Shown one piece after another: positions 47,523 to 57,506 of a DNA stretch of 64,000 bases (the first letter of the stretch is position 1; each line of letters begins with the position of its first letter). The DNA lies in NCBI GenBank assembly GCA_043821285.1, contig JBDRCZ010000051.1, positions 2,199 to 66,198 of the forward strand, read 5' to 3'. The translations under genes and the position numbers were made by a program. This DNA is from Candidatus Omnitrophota bacterium. GTDB lineage: Bacteria > Omnitrophota > Gorgyraeia > B26-G9 > JBDRCZ01. The notes below the pieces were generated by a model. That model worked only from the letters and a program-made list of their open reading frames with translations. It had not been told where the DNA came from and searched no databases.

Positions 47523-50500
47523 TCAGTCACCGCTTATCTCTATAATATACGCTGCCCGTGGATGGTTTTTGTTACGCTGGAGGATTTTTTTTGCGTATGC
47601 TCTGGCTTTTGCCTTGTTCCCGCAATTTAACTGAGTAACAGCAATATCGGCAAGAAATTTCTCATAGTTAATTCCTTGAGCCTTTGCCGCATTTTTGGTC
47701 GTAATTAATTTCTCCGCCTGATTAAAGAAATTTAAGGCATTTTTATCGTCATTTATGCTCAAATAAATTTTTCCTAAAAAATAATAAAACCTTGCCTTTT
47801 TATCCAAAGATAAATCAACGCACGTTTTTATATTTTCTACGGTTTCCGTGAACACTTCCGGTAAAAGAAAAGACTGCAGGGTATGATACCTATTCATCGC
47901 TAAAGCGGCATATTGCTCTATGTGTTCAATTTTTTTGTCAGTAAAAATTAATTTTTTTAATATCCGGATAGATGTCTCCAATCCTTCAATGTTATATGAA
48001 CAAAAAGCCAGCGCAGCTTGTTCGTCTTCGGGGTATTTTGTATGCCATTTTTTAACCAAAGAGATAAGGAAATGATTATTATATGCGGGATTTTCATGGA
48101 GATAGGTATAGAGATTTTTCAGATTGTTATAATTGATTTGCGCGGATCCAAGGTAATTTTTAATTAAAAGCACGCTGTTTTCTAAAGGCAATTTTCGCTC
48201 ATCGAACATTTTAATGAATTTCTCGGATACGGATATTTTTGTATACAGGCCCAAAGGCGCTTGATAATCCAAGGATGGGAAGTAATCGCTATTTACCGCG
48301 GCAGCATTTTTGGGAATTAATTTAGCGATACTTTTACTGGAGGACAATTGCAGGCTGAGCAAGGTAAATATGTCATTTACCTTTATTCTAAATAAGTCAT
48401 GGGTTATATTTTCCTCGGCAAGTCTTTTTTCCATTTCAATAAAATCAGGGGTAAATTCTTCCCGTGAGCCGATGATAAAGATATCATAAATCCCGGTCGT
48501 CCACAAAGAGACGTGCGGGAAGACGGAGAAAAATGTTTGCAGGATCAGAGCAAATGTTTCATTATTCATCTCATAAGTCTGGACCCACTGGAGCATTATT
48601 CCGCGTTTATTGAGATGATTGTAACATTCCTGATAAAACTCTTGTGAAAACAACGCCCCGATTCCGCTAATCCACGGATTAGAAGGTTCGCTGATTATTA
48701 CATCGTATTTCTTATCAGTTCGTAATAAAAAGGTTTTTGCATCTTCCAGATGGAGATTGAGACGCGCGTCTCTCAAGGCATTATAATTATAAGAGGAAAA
48801 ACATTTGTTTGCTTCAACGACGGTGCGGGAGATTTCAATAAGGTCAAGGTTTTTAATCGGATGAAGTAGCGCCGAACCACAAGTAACCCCGCTGCCTAAC
48901 CCTACGACCAGGACGTCTTTTGCCGCGGGTTTTAATAATAAAGGAAGGTGTGCGCTAAGTATTTGTGTGGGCATATCAGCACCGGTAGATGCATCCGGTT
49001 TTCCATTTATAAATAATATACGTTCCTCACGGGAGGCGCTTACAACATGCATAACCGCGACGCTGGCATTTAACCCATCCTGATAAAAGAGGATATTGTT
49101 TTCTTTTATTTCCTGGGAAAAATCGTTAAAGGTTTCCTTAATATTACGGGGGTACCTAAAGGCTTGGGTGCTAAAATAGGCCATATTCCAGTCAGGCACA
49201 AGTATTTTATAACTGGTGAAAATACAAACTACTAAGAAGGAACAGATTAGTTTTTGCTTTAATTTAAAACTATTGTCTAAAAATAGCACAATCATACCCA
49301 GCAGCAGATTTATTATTATTCCAAGCTCTAACGTATATTTTAAGCCAATAAGCGGAATGATAAATAACCCGGTGGCAAAGGCGCCGGCAATATTGCCGCT
49401 GGTATTAGCCGCAAAGACACTGCCAATATTTTTTCCGAGGGTCTGCAGTTTAGACGATGCAATTTTACTCACCAAGGGCAGGGTCATGCCCATAAACATG
49501 GTCGGGATAAACATTACGGTAAATGAGAGTAAAAATTTAAGTCCGGCATACAACGGAAAGGTTTGTGGCGTTCTTACGAAAATTGCCGCGAGTTTCGAAA
49601 ATATAAACGGGAGTTTTTCATAAAAAGGCAGCGTACAAATCAGGGAAATCCCGATTAAAATTTCGCAGATACCAAATACGAAGAAGGTAAATTTTTCTTT
49701 CGGCATAAGACGAGAGATTAAAAATGAACCGAGCGTAATGCCCGAGATAAATGCCGCAAGCATCAGTGAAAATGAATAAGTAGAAGAGCCGAGGATAAGC
49801 GAAAGTAATCTTATCCAGACAATTTCATAAAGCATTGCCGCAAACCCGGAGACAAATATTCCGGTTTTGGCAATATTTACTGTTTTGTCAGTGAAAACAT
49901 ATTGGTACACGGACGATAGTTCTTGCGGCGGAGTTTTTTCAAAAGGGCGTGGTTTTTTAGAGATATTTCGATAGAGCAGGTTTAAAATAATCGCGGCACC
50001 GCCAACAAAAAAATTAATAAACACGGCGATAAATATAGAAAACTCAAGGCCGAAAGAATAAATCAGATAAAACCCGGCCCAAATTGTTCCGGCTACCGCA
50101 CCGAAACTATTTAGATAATATAGCCGGGCGACTATTTTCCCGCGCACCGAGAGTGCTTTAATCATAAATCTGCTCAAAATCGGCAGTGTCCCCCCCATCA
50201 GAATTGTCGGCGGCAGCATGATCAAGGCGCTAATAATAAATTTAGTAATAACAATTAACACCGGAAATTGAGATAAATTTTTAGCAGCCGCTAAATAGAT
50301 ATTTCGTGAAAAGACAAAAAGATTTGGCGTGAAGACACAAAATAAGGCAATGCCGATTTCTACCCAGGCAAAAAAGGAAAGCCGGTTTTTAACCCGGTCG
50401 GCAAACTTACCTAATAAAAAGCTGCCCAAGGTAAGCCCGGTCATAAACGTAGCCAGTACTAAAGTATGGGCATAGGCAGTATTGCCGAGTATTAATGTGA

Positions 50501-50591
50501 GATATTTAGCCCAGACAATCTCATAGATAAGGCCGGCCACCCCGGAAAGAAAAAAACAGAGATATAGTACGAAATTGTATTTTAATCGCAT
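47523..50591 (-). CDS. Fused MFS-like membrane domain / spermidine synthase-like SAM-fold protein with TPR-like tail
   Basis: Two repeats of SG..GL.YE.VW.....LG. VLVVGLGSG.T, EIS, EDA, YDVIISEPSNPW. Confidence 0.85.
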   Translation of the reverse strand: MRLKYNFVLYLCFFLSGVAGLIYEIVWAKYLTLILGNTAYAHTLVLATFMTGLTLGSFLLGKFADRVKNRLSFFAWVEIGIALFCVFTPNLFVFSRNIYLAAAKNLSQFPVLIVITKFIISALIMLPPTILMGGTLPILSRFMIKALSVRGKIVARLYYLNSFGAVAGTIWAGFYLIYSFGLEFSIFIAVFINFFVGGAAIILNLLYRNISKKPRPFEKTPPQELSSVYQYVFTDKTVNIAKTGIFVSGFAAMLYEIVWIRLLSLILGSSTYSFSLMLAAFISGITLGSFLISRLMPKEKFTFFVFGICEILIGISLICTLPFYEKLPFIFSKLAAIFVRTPQTFPLYAGLKFLLSFTVMFIPTMFMGMTLPLVSKIASSKLQTLGKNIGSVFAANTSGNIAGAFATGLFIIPLIGLKYTLELGIIINLLLGMIVLFLDNSFKLKQKLICSFLVVCIFTSYKILVPDWNMAYFSTQAFRYPRNIKETFNDFSQEIKENNILFYQDGLNASVAVMHVVSASREERILFINGKPDASTGADMPTQILSAHLPLLLKPAAKDVLVVGLGSGVTCGSALLHPIKNLDLIEISRTVVEANKCFSSYNYNALRDARLNLHLEDAKTFLLRTDKKYDVIISEPSNPWISGIGALFSQEFYQECYNHLNKRGIMLQWVQTYEMNNETFALILQTFFSVFPHVSLWTTGIYDIFIIGSREEFTPDFIEMEKRLAEENITHDLFRIKVNDIFTLLSLQLSSSKSIAKLIPKNAAAVNSDYFPSLDYQAPLGLYTKISVSEKFIKMFDERKLPLENSVLLIKNYLGSAQINYNNLKNLYTYLHENPAYNNHFLISLVKKWHTKYPEDEQAALAFCSYNIEGLETSIRILKKLIFTDKKIEHIEQYAALAMNRYHTLQSFLLPEVFTETVENIKTCVDLSLDKKARFYYFLGKIYLSINDDKNALNFFNQAEKLITTKNAAKAQGINYEKFLADIAVTQLNCGNKAKARAYAKKILQRNKNHPRAAYIIEISGD

Positions 50592-50764
50592 CGGAATTTG
50601 CCTTTTTATTAGTTTATTTTTTCTTTATTCTAACAGAATTAATTATTTTGTGAAAGTAAAATGTGTGTAGATGCTAAGAGCCATAGTTTGTGCCTTTATT
50701 TTTTCAATCTCCCGCAAAGTTGCCGGAATGCCAAGCTGCTCATCACATCCGCCCAGGCGGATGA

Positions 50765-50828
50765 CCGGAAAATGATTGCATTTTCCGTGTATGAAACAAT
50801 CTCGCAGCAAGCTGCAGGGTGGTTTCAT
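50765..50828 (-). repeat. Family B element in minus orientation
   Basis: Reverse complement reads CCCTGCAGCTTGCTGCGAG...TTTCATACACGGAAAATGCAATCATTTTCCGG. Confidence 0.7.
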
Positions 50829-50921
50829 TCGGCAGACAGGTATATTTTTCATTGTGTATAATTGACTTGCCATTTATCGCAACTTTGGTTAACATATTAA
50901 AGAAAGGCGCACAGAGGCAAA

Positions 50922-51665
50922 ATGGTAAAAATAGATAGGATTTTTATCAGCCGCGGTAAAGAGGTAGTGATTGGCATAAGTAGCGGGAGAAGAAATTTTG
51001 ATCTACGTGCGGGAAATTTCAAACAAGAAATAATCGCCGCCCGGCAGGAGTTTTTTCATCAACTGGGAATGGAGATTAATGATAGTGTTTTTTTAGAACA
51101 GGTTCATGGGGCGCGGGTTTTTCAGGTTTCAAAAAAACACCGCGGCCGCGGGAGCTTTAATTATCAGCACAGTATAAAAGGATCGGATGCCGCGGTTACT
51201 GATGAAGCGAATCTGGGACTGTGTATTTTAACCGCTGATTGCTTAAATATATTTTTTTATCAAAGAAGGTCTCAGGCTATTGGCATCTCTCATGCCGGCT
51301 GGCGTAGTACACAAAAACAGATCGCCGTAAAAACCGCCGAGAAATTAATAAATGTTTATAAAGGGGCAATCGTTGACCTTGAGGTATATATTGGCCCGGG
51401 GATTAGAAGATGCTGTTATGAGGTAAGCCGTAGTTTTAAGAAAATTTTTCCCGAGTCAACTGTTAGCCGGAGGGGGAAAGTTTATTTAGATTTAGCAGGA
51501 GAAAACATCTTACAGCTTAAACGTATCGGGGTATTAGCAAAGAATATCAAAGTCATCAGCCAATGTACGAGTTGTTTACACAGAAAATATTTTTCATACC
51601 GCCAGGGAGATATAAAAGAACGAATGATTGGGGTGATTGTTAAGAGAGACAAAAACAAAAAATGA
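50922..51665 (+). CDS. pgeF: PgeF/YfiH (purine nucleoside phosphorylase / peptidoglycan editing factor)
   Basis: QVHG, DA.VT, LTADC, HAGWR, IGPGI..CCYEV, CT.C....FSYR. Confidence 0.93.
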   Translation: MVKIDRIFISRGKEVVIGISSGRRNFDLRAGNFKQEIIAARQEFFHQLGMEINDSVFLEQVHGARVFQVSKKHRGRGSFNYQHSIKGSDAAVTDEANLGLCILTADCLNIFFYQRRSQAIGISHAGWRSTQKQIAVKTAEKLINVYKGAIVDLEVYIGPGIRRCCYEVSRSFKKIFPESTVSRRGKVYLDLAGENILQLKRIGVLAKNIKVISQCTSCLHRKYFSYRQGDIKERMIGVIVKRDKNKK

Positions 51666-51758
51666 ATTTCGTATTTCCAGTTAGCCATTGATATATCTGT
51701 CATTATAGCATAGAAGATCGATAATGGTAATAGACGGGAACCGAGAAGGAGAGTAAAA

Positions 51759-53663
51759 TTGTCAGAACAATCTTATCGTCAAGTGCCGGTTAAAATTAAA
51801 GAAGCAATGTATCAAGCCCTGAAGCAGTATTGGGGATATAGCGCATTTCGCCCGCTGCAGGAGGTGATTGTTGGCGCGGTTTTAAACGGAGAAGAATCCC
51901 TTACGGTTTTGCCCACCGGCGGCGGGAAATCTTTGTGCTATCAGCTTCCGGCATTGCTTGTTCAGGGCATGGCGGTAATTATTTCTCCGCTGATTTCTTT
52001 GATGAAAGATCAGGTCGATAGTCTGAGAGAAATGGGAATTGCCGCGGCCTATCTTAATTCCAGCCTCCTGACAGAAGAGCGTGTTTCACTGGTCAGACGG
52101 ATTAAAGCAAAAGAAATAAAATTACTTTATATCTCTCCGGAAGGTCTGCAAAAAGAGGGAATGATTGATTTATTGCAGAAAACGCCGCTTTCTTTTTTCG
52201 TGATTGATGAAGCACATTGTATTAGCCACTGGGGGCATGACTTTCGCGAAGATTACCGAAATTTAAAGATTATAAAACAATGCCTTCCGAATGTAAATCT
52301 GCATGCATTTACGGCTACGGCGACGATCGAGGTGCAGCGGGATATTATCGAACAATTACAGTTTCAAAATCACCGCACTTTTGTTTCCCCGGTAGACCGG
52401 ATAAATTTAACCTACCGGGTAAAACCACGCGCACAGTTAATTTTCCAATTAAAAGAAATTCTGGAAAAACATCCCAACGAACCAGGGATTGTTTATTGTT
52501 TGCGCCGGGATGACGTGGATCGGATTTCTTTAGAACTTAATGAATTAGGTTATAAGAATTTGCCTTATCATGCCGGACTTTCTGATGAACGGCGCCATCG
52601 GCATCAGGATGCATTTTTGCAGGAAGAAGTTGATATCATTGTCGCAACGATTGCTTTTGGCATGGGGATTGACCGTTCAAATATTCGTTTTATCATTCAT
52701 GCGGCTATGCCCAAGAGTATCGAACATTACCAGCAGGAAACCGGCCGCGCCGGCCGTGACGGGTTGCCGGCATATTGTTATATGTTTTATGGCGGGGGAG
52801 ATTACCGCACCTGGAGCTTTTTTGCCGGACAGTCGCCTAACCGCACGGTGATGCTCGATAAACTTAATTTTATGTATAATTTTTGCTCGCGGCCGCAGTG
52901 TAAACATCAGGCGTTAACAAATTATTTTGGACAAAGCTATGAAAAACATTCATGTAATAGTTGTGATTATTGTTTAGGAGAAGTGGAGATGGTGGAGGAC
53001 CCTTTAGATGTTGGACAGAAAATATTATCGTGTGTGGAACATGTTAAACATGGAGAGAACCGGGGATTTGGCGCCGGGTATATTGCCAATTTATTAAAAG
53101 GAAATTTAACCGAACAGATTGAACGGTGGGGACATCATCATCTGCCGGCTTTTGGTACGATGGCAGAAAAATCATTGGCCTATATCCGTTATATGACCGA
53201 GCAGTTAATCGGGCAGGGATTTTTACAGCGTGAAGCGGAATACGCCATGCTTTTTTTGACGGAGCTGGGGGGAGAGGTTTTACAAGGCAAATTAACCCCG
53301 GTTCTAGCAAAACCCCTTGTGGCAAAAAAGAAAAAAGAGATTTCCCGGATGAGTAAAGAAAGAAGAGAGCAGGAATGGGGAGATATTGATAAACAATTAT
53401 TTGAAGATTTACGTAATAAAAGGGCAGAGCTGGCAAGAGAGCAGAATGTTCCGGCCTTTATTATTTTTGCCGATACTTCATTGAAAGATATGGCGGCAAA
53501 AATGCCTACGACCAAACAGGCTTTTGCTAATGTCTTTGGCGTGGGAGAACAGAAATTAAAGGCGTATGCCGAGCATTTCATTACGGTGATTGAACAATAC
53601 CGGCTTAGTTCAGAACCTGAAGCGGATAATCAAGGGCAGGAAAAGGCAGCAAAGGTGTCTTAA
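51759..53663 (+). CDS. recQ: ATP-dependent DNA helicase RecQ
   Basis: PTGGGKSLCYQ, DEAHCIS.WGHDFR, ATIAFGMGID, QETGRAGRDG, zinc-binding Cys, RQC and HRDC domains. Confidence 0.97.
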   Translation: MSEQSYRQVPVKIKEAMYQALKQYWGYSAFRPLQEVIVGAVLNGEESLTVLPTGGGKSLCYQLPALLVQGMAVIISPLISLMKDQVDSLREMGIAAAYLNSSLLTEERVSLVRRIKAKEIKLLYISPEGLQKEGMIDLLQKTPLSFFVIDEAHCISHWGHDFREDYRNLKIIKQCLPNVNLHAFTATATIEVQRDIIEQLQFQNHRTFVSPVDRINLTYRVKPRAQLIFQLKEILEKHPNEPGIVYCLRRDDVDRISLELNELGYKNLPYHAGLSDERRHRHQDAFLQEEVDIIVATIAFGMGIDRSNIRFIIHAAMPKSIEHYQQETGRAGRDGLPAYCYMFYGGGDYRTWSFFAGQSPNRTVMLDKLNFMYNFCSRPQCKHQALTNYFGQSYEKHSCNSCDYCLGEVEMVEDPLDVGQKILSCVEHVKHGENRGFGAGYIANLLKGNLTEQIERWGHHHLPAFGTMAEKSLAYIRYMTEQLIGQGFLQREAEYAMLFLTELGGEVLQGKLTPVLAKPLVAKKKKEISRMSKERREQEWGDIDKQLFEDLRNKRAELAREQNVPAFIIFADTSLKDMAAKMPTTKQAFANVFGVGEQKLKAYAEHFITVIEQYRLSSEPEADNQGQEKAAKVS

Positions 53664-53710
53664 CCCCGCGATGATTAAACACCAATGATGGAGAGTTTAT
53701 TATATTCTAC

Positions 53711-54148
53711 TTAATCTTCCTTGGTTCTGGGTTGTCCAAGATAGGCCTTATCTAATAATTTATTGATCAGGGATACCAAAGGCCAGAATTTATCATTCTT
53801 TCTGATCGTGATATGTTGCCCCCCTCCGTTTTTAAGACGCTCGCCTAATTCGTTTATTATCCGATCAAAAGGACCGATTATTGCGTGAGTTATCCGGTAA
53901 ACAAAGATGAGCATTACTGAGATATAAACCGGCGCCAGCGCTAATAATATTATGATCACCTTCCGGGCCGCAGGGATAATATTATAGGCAATAGATTCGG
54001 GGATAGCAAATTGACTGGCGGTAATATTAAAGATTAGATAATAAAGGACAATTGTAACAATAATTGTTGGTGATGAAACTGCCATGAGGACAAGCAGGAA
54101 GATATTCCGGTGCATTTTATTGGCAAATATTTTTTTTCTTTTATTCAT
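53711..54148 (-). CDS. Small two-TM protein with HAMP-like tail
   Basis: Two hydrophobic helices, then TH.I.GP..RI...IRK.D....LV..IN. Confidence 0.6.
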   Translation of the reverse strand: MNKRKKIFANKMHRNIFLLVLMAVSSPTIIVTIVLYYLIFNITASQFAIPESIAYNIIPAARKVIIILLALAPVYISVMLIFVYRITHAIIGPFDRIINELGERLKNGGGQHITIRKNDKFWPLVSLINKLLDKAYLGQPRTKED

Positions 54149-54825
54149 TTTTTATACCCCACCTTTATATCTTTATATAATGTCTCAGCCGTAGATAATG
54201 TATTATCGGTATCTGTCATTAAGGCAATGGCGCCGACATAATCAGAAGGAAATGTGCCAAAGGCTTTGTTATAGTCTTCATAGATATTATGTTCTTCAAA
54301 GATCCATTTGCCGATTTTTTCTCTACCGGATTGTGCGACGATTAATTTAATATTATGGAAATAAGGACTGGATAGTATTGTTCCTTCGGGTAGGCTTTCA
54401 TCCCAGATATATTCGATGCTCTTTGTATGGGTAAAAATCCAACTGGGAAATATAACGTATACCCTGCCGGCATAATCATCTTTTTCGATCCAACCCTTCT
54501 TTGTACCGTCAATTGTTTCTTTTTCAGGAAATTTTAATACCTTCCATTGCCAGCTGATCATCGGGAGTTCTCGGGGATGGAACTTTATTTTATAAAATAA
54601 ACCGGAACAGGACTCGGTGCTTTTGGCTAAAAGATAACCGCCTTCCTTGATCGGTTCGACCAGGTACAACACTTTGTTTTTAAATACCTTTTCTTCCCAT
54701 TCCCCTAATGCATCCTTTTTATTAAACGGGAACAATTTGGGCAGGTCAAAGCTGTAGGTATAATGAATAAATAAGGTTGATAATATTAACAATATCAAAA
54801 GATAAATAAATCTTCTTCTACGCAT
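54145..54825 (-). CDS. DUF3047 family protein
   Basis: P.ISW.WKV, DDYAGRVYV.F, I.YIW, GKW, AIALMTDTDNT. Confidence 0.8.
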   Translation of the reverse strand: MRRRRFIYLLILLILSTLFIHYTYSFDLPKLFPFNKKDALGEWEEKVFKNKVLYLVEPIKEGGYLLAKSTESCSGLFYKIKFHPRELPMISWQWKVLKFPEKETIDGTKKGWIEKDDYAGRVYVIFPSWIFTHTKSIEYIWDESLPEGTILSSPYFHNIKLIVAQSGREKIGKWIFEEHNIYEDYNKAFGTFPSDYVGAIALMTDTDNTLSTAETLYKDIKVGYKK

Positions 54826-54887
54826 GCTTTTATTTTAATTCAAATAAAGAAAATAGTCAAATATTACTTAGCTTTTTAATAAAAATC

Positions 54888-54916
54888 TTGAAAAAATCAT
54901 GGGGTTTTATTATAAT
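54888..54916 (+). promoter_or_regulatory. Sigma70-type promoter (divergent from a minus-strand TTGACT-17-TAAAAT promoter for DUF3047)
   Basis: TTGAAA-17 nt-TATAAT. Confidence 0.6.
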
Positions 54917-54967
54917 ATTTATTATAAGGGCATTGATATTTTGGCCGGCTCATGAGGAGGTGGAAAT

Positions 54968-55036
54968 ATGGGGTGTGGGACTTGCAGACCAAAGAAGAAA
55001 GCAAAGAAAAAAGCTGCTAAAAAGAAAAAGAGATAA
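54968..55036 (+). CDS. 22-aa Lys/Ala-rich peptide with CxxC (MGCGTCRPKKKAKKKAAKKKKR)
   Basis: Below the ORF-track cutoff. Near-perfect SD GAGGAGGTG and its own promoter. Confidence 0.7.
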   Translation: MGCGTCRPKKKAKKKAAKKKKR

Positions 55037-55068
55037 CATAAACCATTAACTTAATTCTCTATGGTCTT

Positions 55069-55175
55069 GTCGCAGATCCGCGGTGGCGGAGCTGAAACTA
55101 ATTTCGCTTCACGGTCGGAAAATGCAGTGCATTTTCCGAACATGAAGATACCCTGTCTCAAGAGACGGGGGAGAT
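55069..55175 (-). repeat. Family B element in minus orientation; supplies the SD of the ABC ATPase
   Basis: Reverse complement is collinear with 27671-27825 (CCCCG...GAGAC.GGGTAT.TTCAT...CGGAAAATGCA..GCATTTTCC...AAGCGAAATT...CCGCCAC). Confidence 0.75.
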
Positions 55176-55180
55176 GCATT

Positions 55181-55936
55181 ATGGAAAATATAATCCTCGT
55201 AGAAAATTTGCGGGTTGTTTATAAACCGAGTGGGGGAATGACTAAATCAGCGCTAAAAGATGTGAGCTTTAGGGTGAGGCCGGGAGAAATATTTGGTTTT
55301 TTAGGACCGAATGGAGCCGGGAAAACTACCGCAATTAAGGTAATCCTGGGATTAGTCAGACCGGCCCAGGGCCGGGTAGAGGTTTTAGGCCGGCCCTGCG
55401 GAGATATTAAAAGTCATTATCAATTAGGGTATATGCCGGAAATTGCTTATTATTATCAATATCTTACCCCGCAAGAACTGCTGTTCATGTATGGCCGATT
55501 GCTGAAATTAAGTAAAAACACAATAAAAGAACGTACGGATTATCTGCTGGATATTGTGGGGCTTATTGACAGCCGGAATATCCTGATGAAAACCTTTTCT
55601 AAAGGCATGATGCAAAAGGTAAGTTTAGCACAGGCATTGCTAAATGAACCGGAACTGTTAGTTCTTGATGAACCGACTTCCGGCTTAGACCCAATTGCCC
55701 GGATGAAGGTACGGGACATTATCCGGGATTTAAAATCAAAAAACAAAACGATATTTTTTTCATCGCATGAGCTCTCAGAGGTAGAAACCGTAAGTGATAA
55801 CATTGGAATTTTACATGAGGGAAATTTGTTAAAAATTGGTAAACTCAATGAAGTGCTTAATGAACGCGGACAGCATGAGAGCCTGGAAAAATATTTTTTA
55901 AGAATAATTCAGAAAGAGATATGTTTAAATCTTTAA
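55181..55936 (+). CDS. ABC transporter ATP-binding protein (PilH/XapB-like)
   Basis: GPNGAGKTT, FSKGM, LDEPTSGLDP, SSH. Confidence 0.9.
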   Translation: MENIILVENLRVVYKPSGGMTKSALKDVSFRVRPGEIFGFLGPNGAGKTTAIKVILGLVRPAQGRVEVLGRPCGDIKSHYQLGYMPEIAYYYQYLTPQELLFMYGRLLKLSKNTIKERTDYLLDIVGLIDSRNILMKTFSKGMMQKVSLAQALLNEPELLVLDEPTSGLDPIARMKVRDIIRDLKSKNKTIFFSSHELSEVETVSDNIGILHEGNLLKIGKLNEVLNERGQHESLEKYFLRIIQKEICLNL

Positions 55937-56691
55937 TTATTGCCCAAAATGTCCTGCGGGAGTCATTACGCAAAAAAGATTTTTATGTCTTTTTGATATT
56001 TTTGCTTATTTTGGTGGTTTTTTTGGCAAATATCAATATGTTTAATGTTTCCGGTATTTCGCGTTATCTTAAAGAAATGTCTTTGGAAATGGCTTATCTT
56101 TTTAGTCTGATTATTGTTATCGTCTTTAGTGCTAAACTTATGCCGCAGGAACTTGGTGCAAAGACAATATATCCGCTGCTGGCAAAACCGGTGAGCCGCA
56201 GAGATGTGCTCGCGGGTAAATTTCTTGGGGCATGTTTTATTGCCGGTGTTTGTTTTAGTATCTTTTATTCTCTGATTGGTATTGCTGCGGCACTTAAAGG
56301 TGAAGGATTTTCGCTGGATTTATTTTTTCAGGGATATATTTTATGGAGCCTGCAGCTAATGCTTATGGCGGCAATGGTAATCTTTTTTTCAATGCACTTG
56401 ACCGTTTCGGCAAATATAACCCTTAGTTTTTGTATTTATTTTTTGATGAACTGGTTTGGCCCGCATATTCGAGAAATATCTTTTATGTTAAATAAGACCA
56501 GCGGCATTGTGCTGTCGCTATTTTATTATCTCCTGCCGCATTTTGAATTTTATGATCTACGTACCAGAATGGTACATATGTGGACTCCTTTACCGGCATT
56601 TATTATGGGCTACATTATGCTTTATACACTTATCTATGTACTATTATTAATTTCCGCAGCGATTTATTCCTTTAAGAAAAAAATATTATGA
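55921..56691 (+). CDS. ABC-2 type permease (PilI-like)
   Basis: Six TM helices. E...KTIYPLLAKPVSR...GKFLG. Confidence 0.85.
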   Translation: MFKSLIIAQNVLRESLRKKDFYVFLIFLLILVVFLANINMFNVSGISRYLKEMSLEMAYLFSLIIVIVFSAKLMPQELGAKTIYPLLAKPVSRRDVLAGKFLGACFIAGVCFSIFYSLIGIAAALKGEGFSLDLFFQGYILWSLQLMLMAAMVIFFSMHLTVSANITLSFCIYFLMNWFGPHIREISFMLNKTSGIVLSLFYYLLPHFEFYDLRTRMVHMWTPLPAFIMGYIMLYTLIYVLLLISAAIYSFKKKIL

Positions 56692-57506
56692 TTCTCAAAG
56701 GGAAAACTATCCTTTTTTTACCGCTGTTAATCCTGATTCTCTCGATAAACCTTGATACGTATTTTTTCGACGATAATTTCAAAAAAGGCATCAGAGAAAA
56801 AGATATCTTATTTAAGGCAATCGGCAGTTTTCGGGAGTCAATCGGCGCGATGGTCTGGCTGAAAACTGATGAATATTTTCATGGGGGTATTCCGCGGCCA
56901 AAAGAAGAAAAATGTTTAGAACAAGGGATGGACGCGGAGCATGAGCATGAACATAAAGAAAGACATAGCACAGATGTGGTCAGGTTAGCCGGAGATGATT
57001 TTATCGCGTTGATTAACCATTATGTATCAATTGCCGAACATAAACACTTAAGCAGCCAGCAGGAAAAAGAAATTGTTCCTTGGTTTATGCTGGCAGCAAA
57101 AATTGACCCGCATAATATTCAGGCATATGTTGTGGGCGGTTACTGGCTTGGGGAGAGACTGGGACGTCCGGACGAAGCATTACAGTTTTTGGAGGAAGGA
57201 AGGATGAATAATCCTGACGAGTGGCAGATTTATGAGCAATTTGGGGACATTTACTATCGTGCAAAGCAGGATTATTTAAAAGCGGCAAATTATTTTAAGA
57301 TGTGTTATCGCCTGATGACGGGTGAAAACTCAACCGTTCATGACCGAAAGAGAATATTGACCTTTTTAGCGGCAAGCTACGAGAAGATAGAGGAGTATTC
57401 TTTAGCCATAGAATATTTTAAATTGCTTAAGCAGTTAGAGAGCACCGCCGGGGATATTGACAAACGCATTAAACATCTGGAAGAACTGAACAGAAAGTTA
57501 AATTGA
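56688..57506 (+). CDS. Membrane-anchored TPR protein (PilG-like ABC partner) with DEYFHGG motif and His-rich loop
   Basis: N-terminal TM helix, W...DEYFHGG, EHEHEH, DP.N..AY...G.WL, TPR units. Confidence 0.7.
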   Translation: MILKGKTILFLPLLILILSINLDTYFFDDNFKKGIREKDILFKAIGSFRESIGAMVWLKTDEYFHGGIPRPKEEKCLEQGMDAEHEHEHKERHSTDVVRLAGDDFIALINHYVSIAEHKHLSSQQEKEIVPWFMLAAKIDPHNIQAYVVGGYWLGERLGRPDEALQFLEEGRMNNPDEWQIYEQFGDIYYRAKQDYLKAANYFKMCYRLMTGENSTVHDRKRILTFLAASYEKIEEYSLAIEYFKLLKQLESTAGDIDKRIKHLEELNRKLN

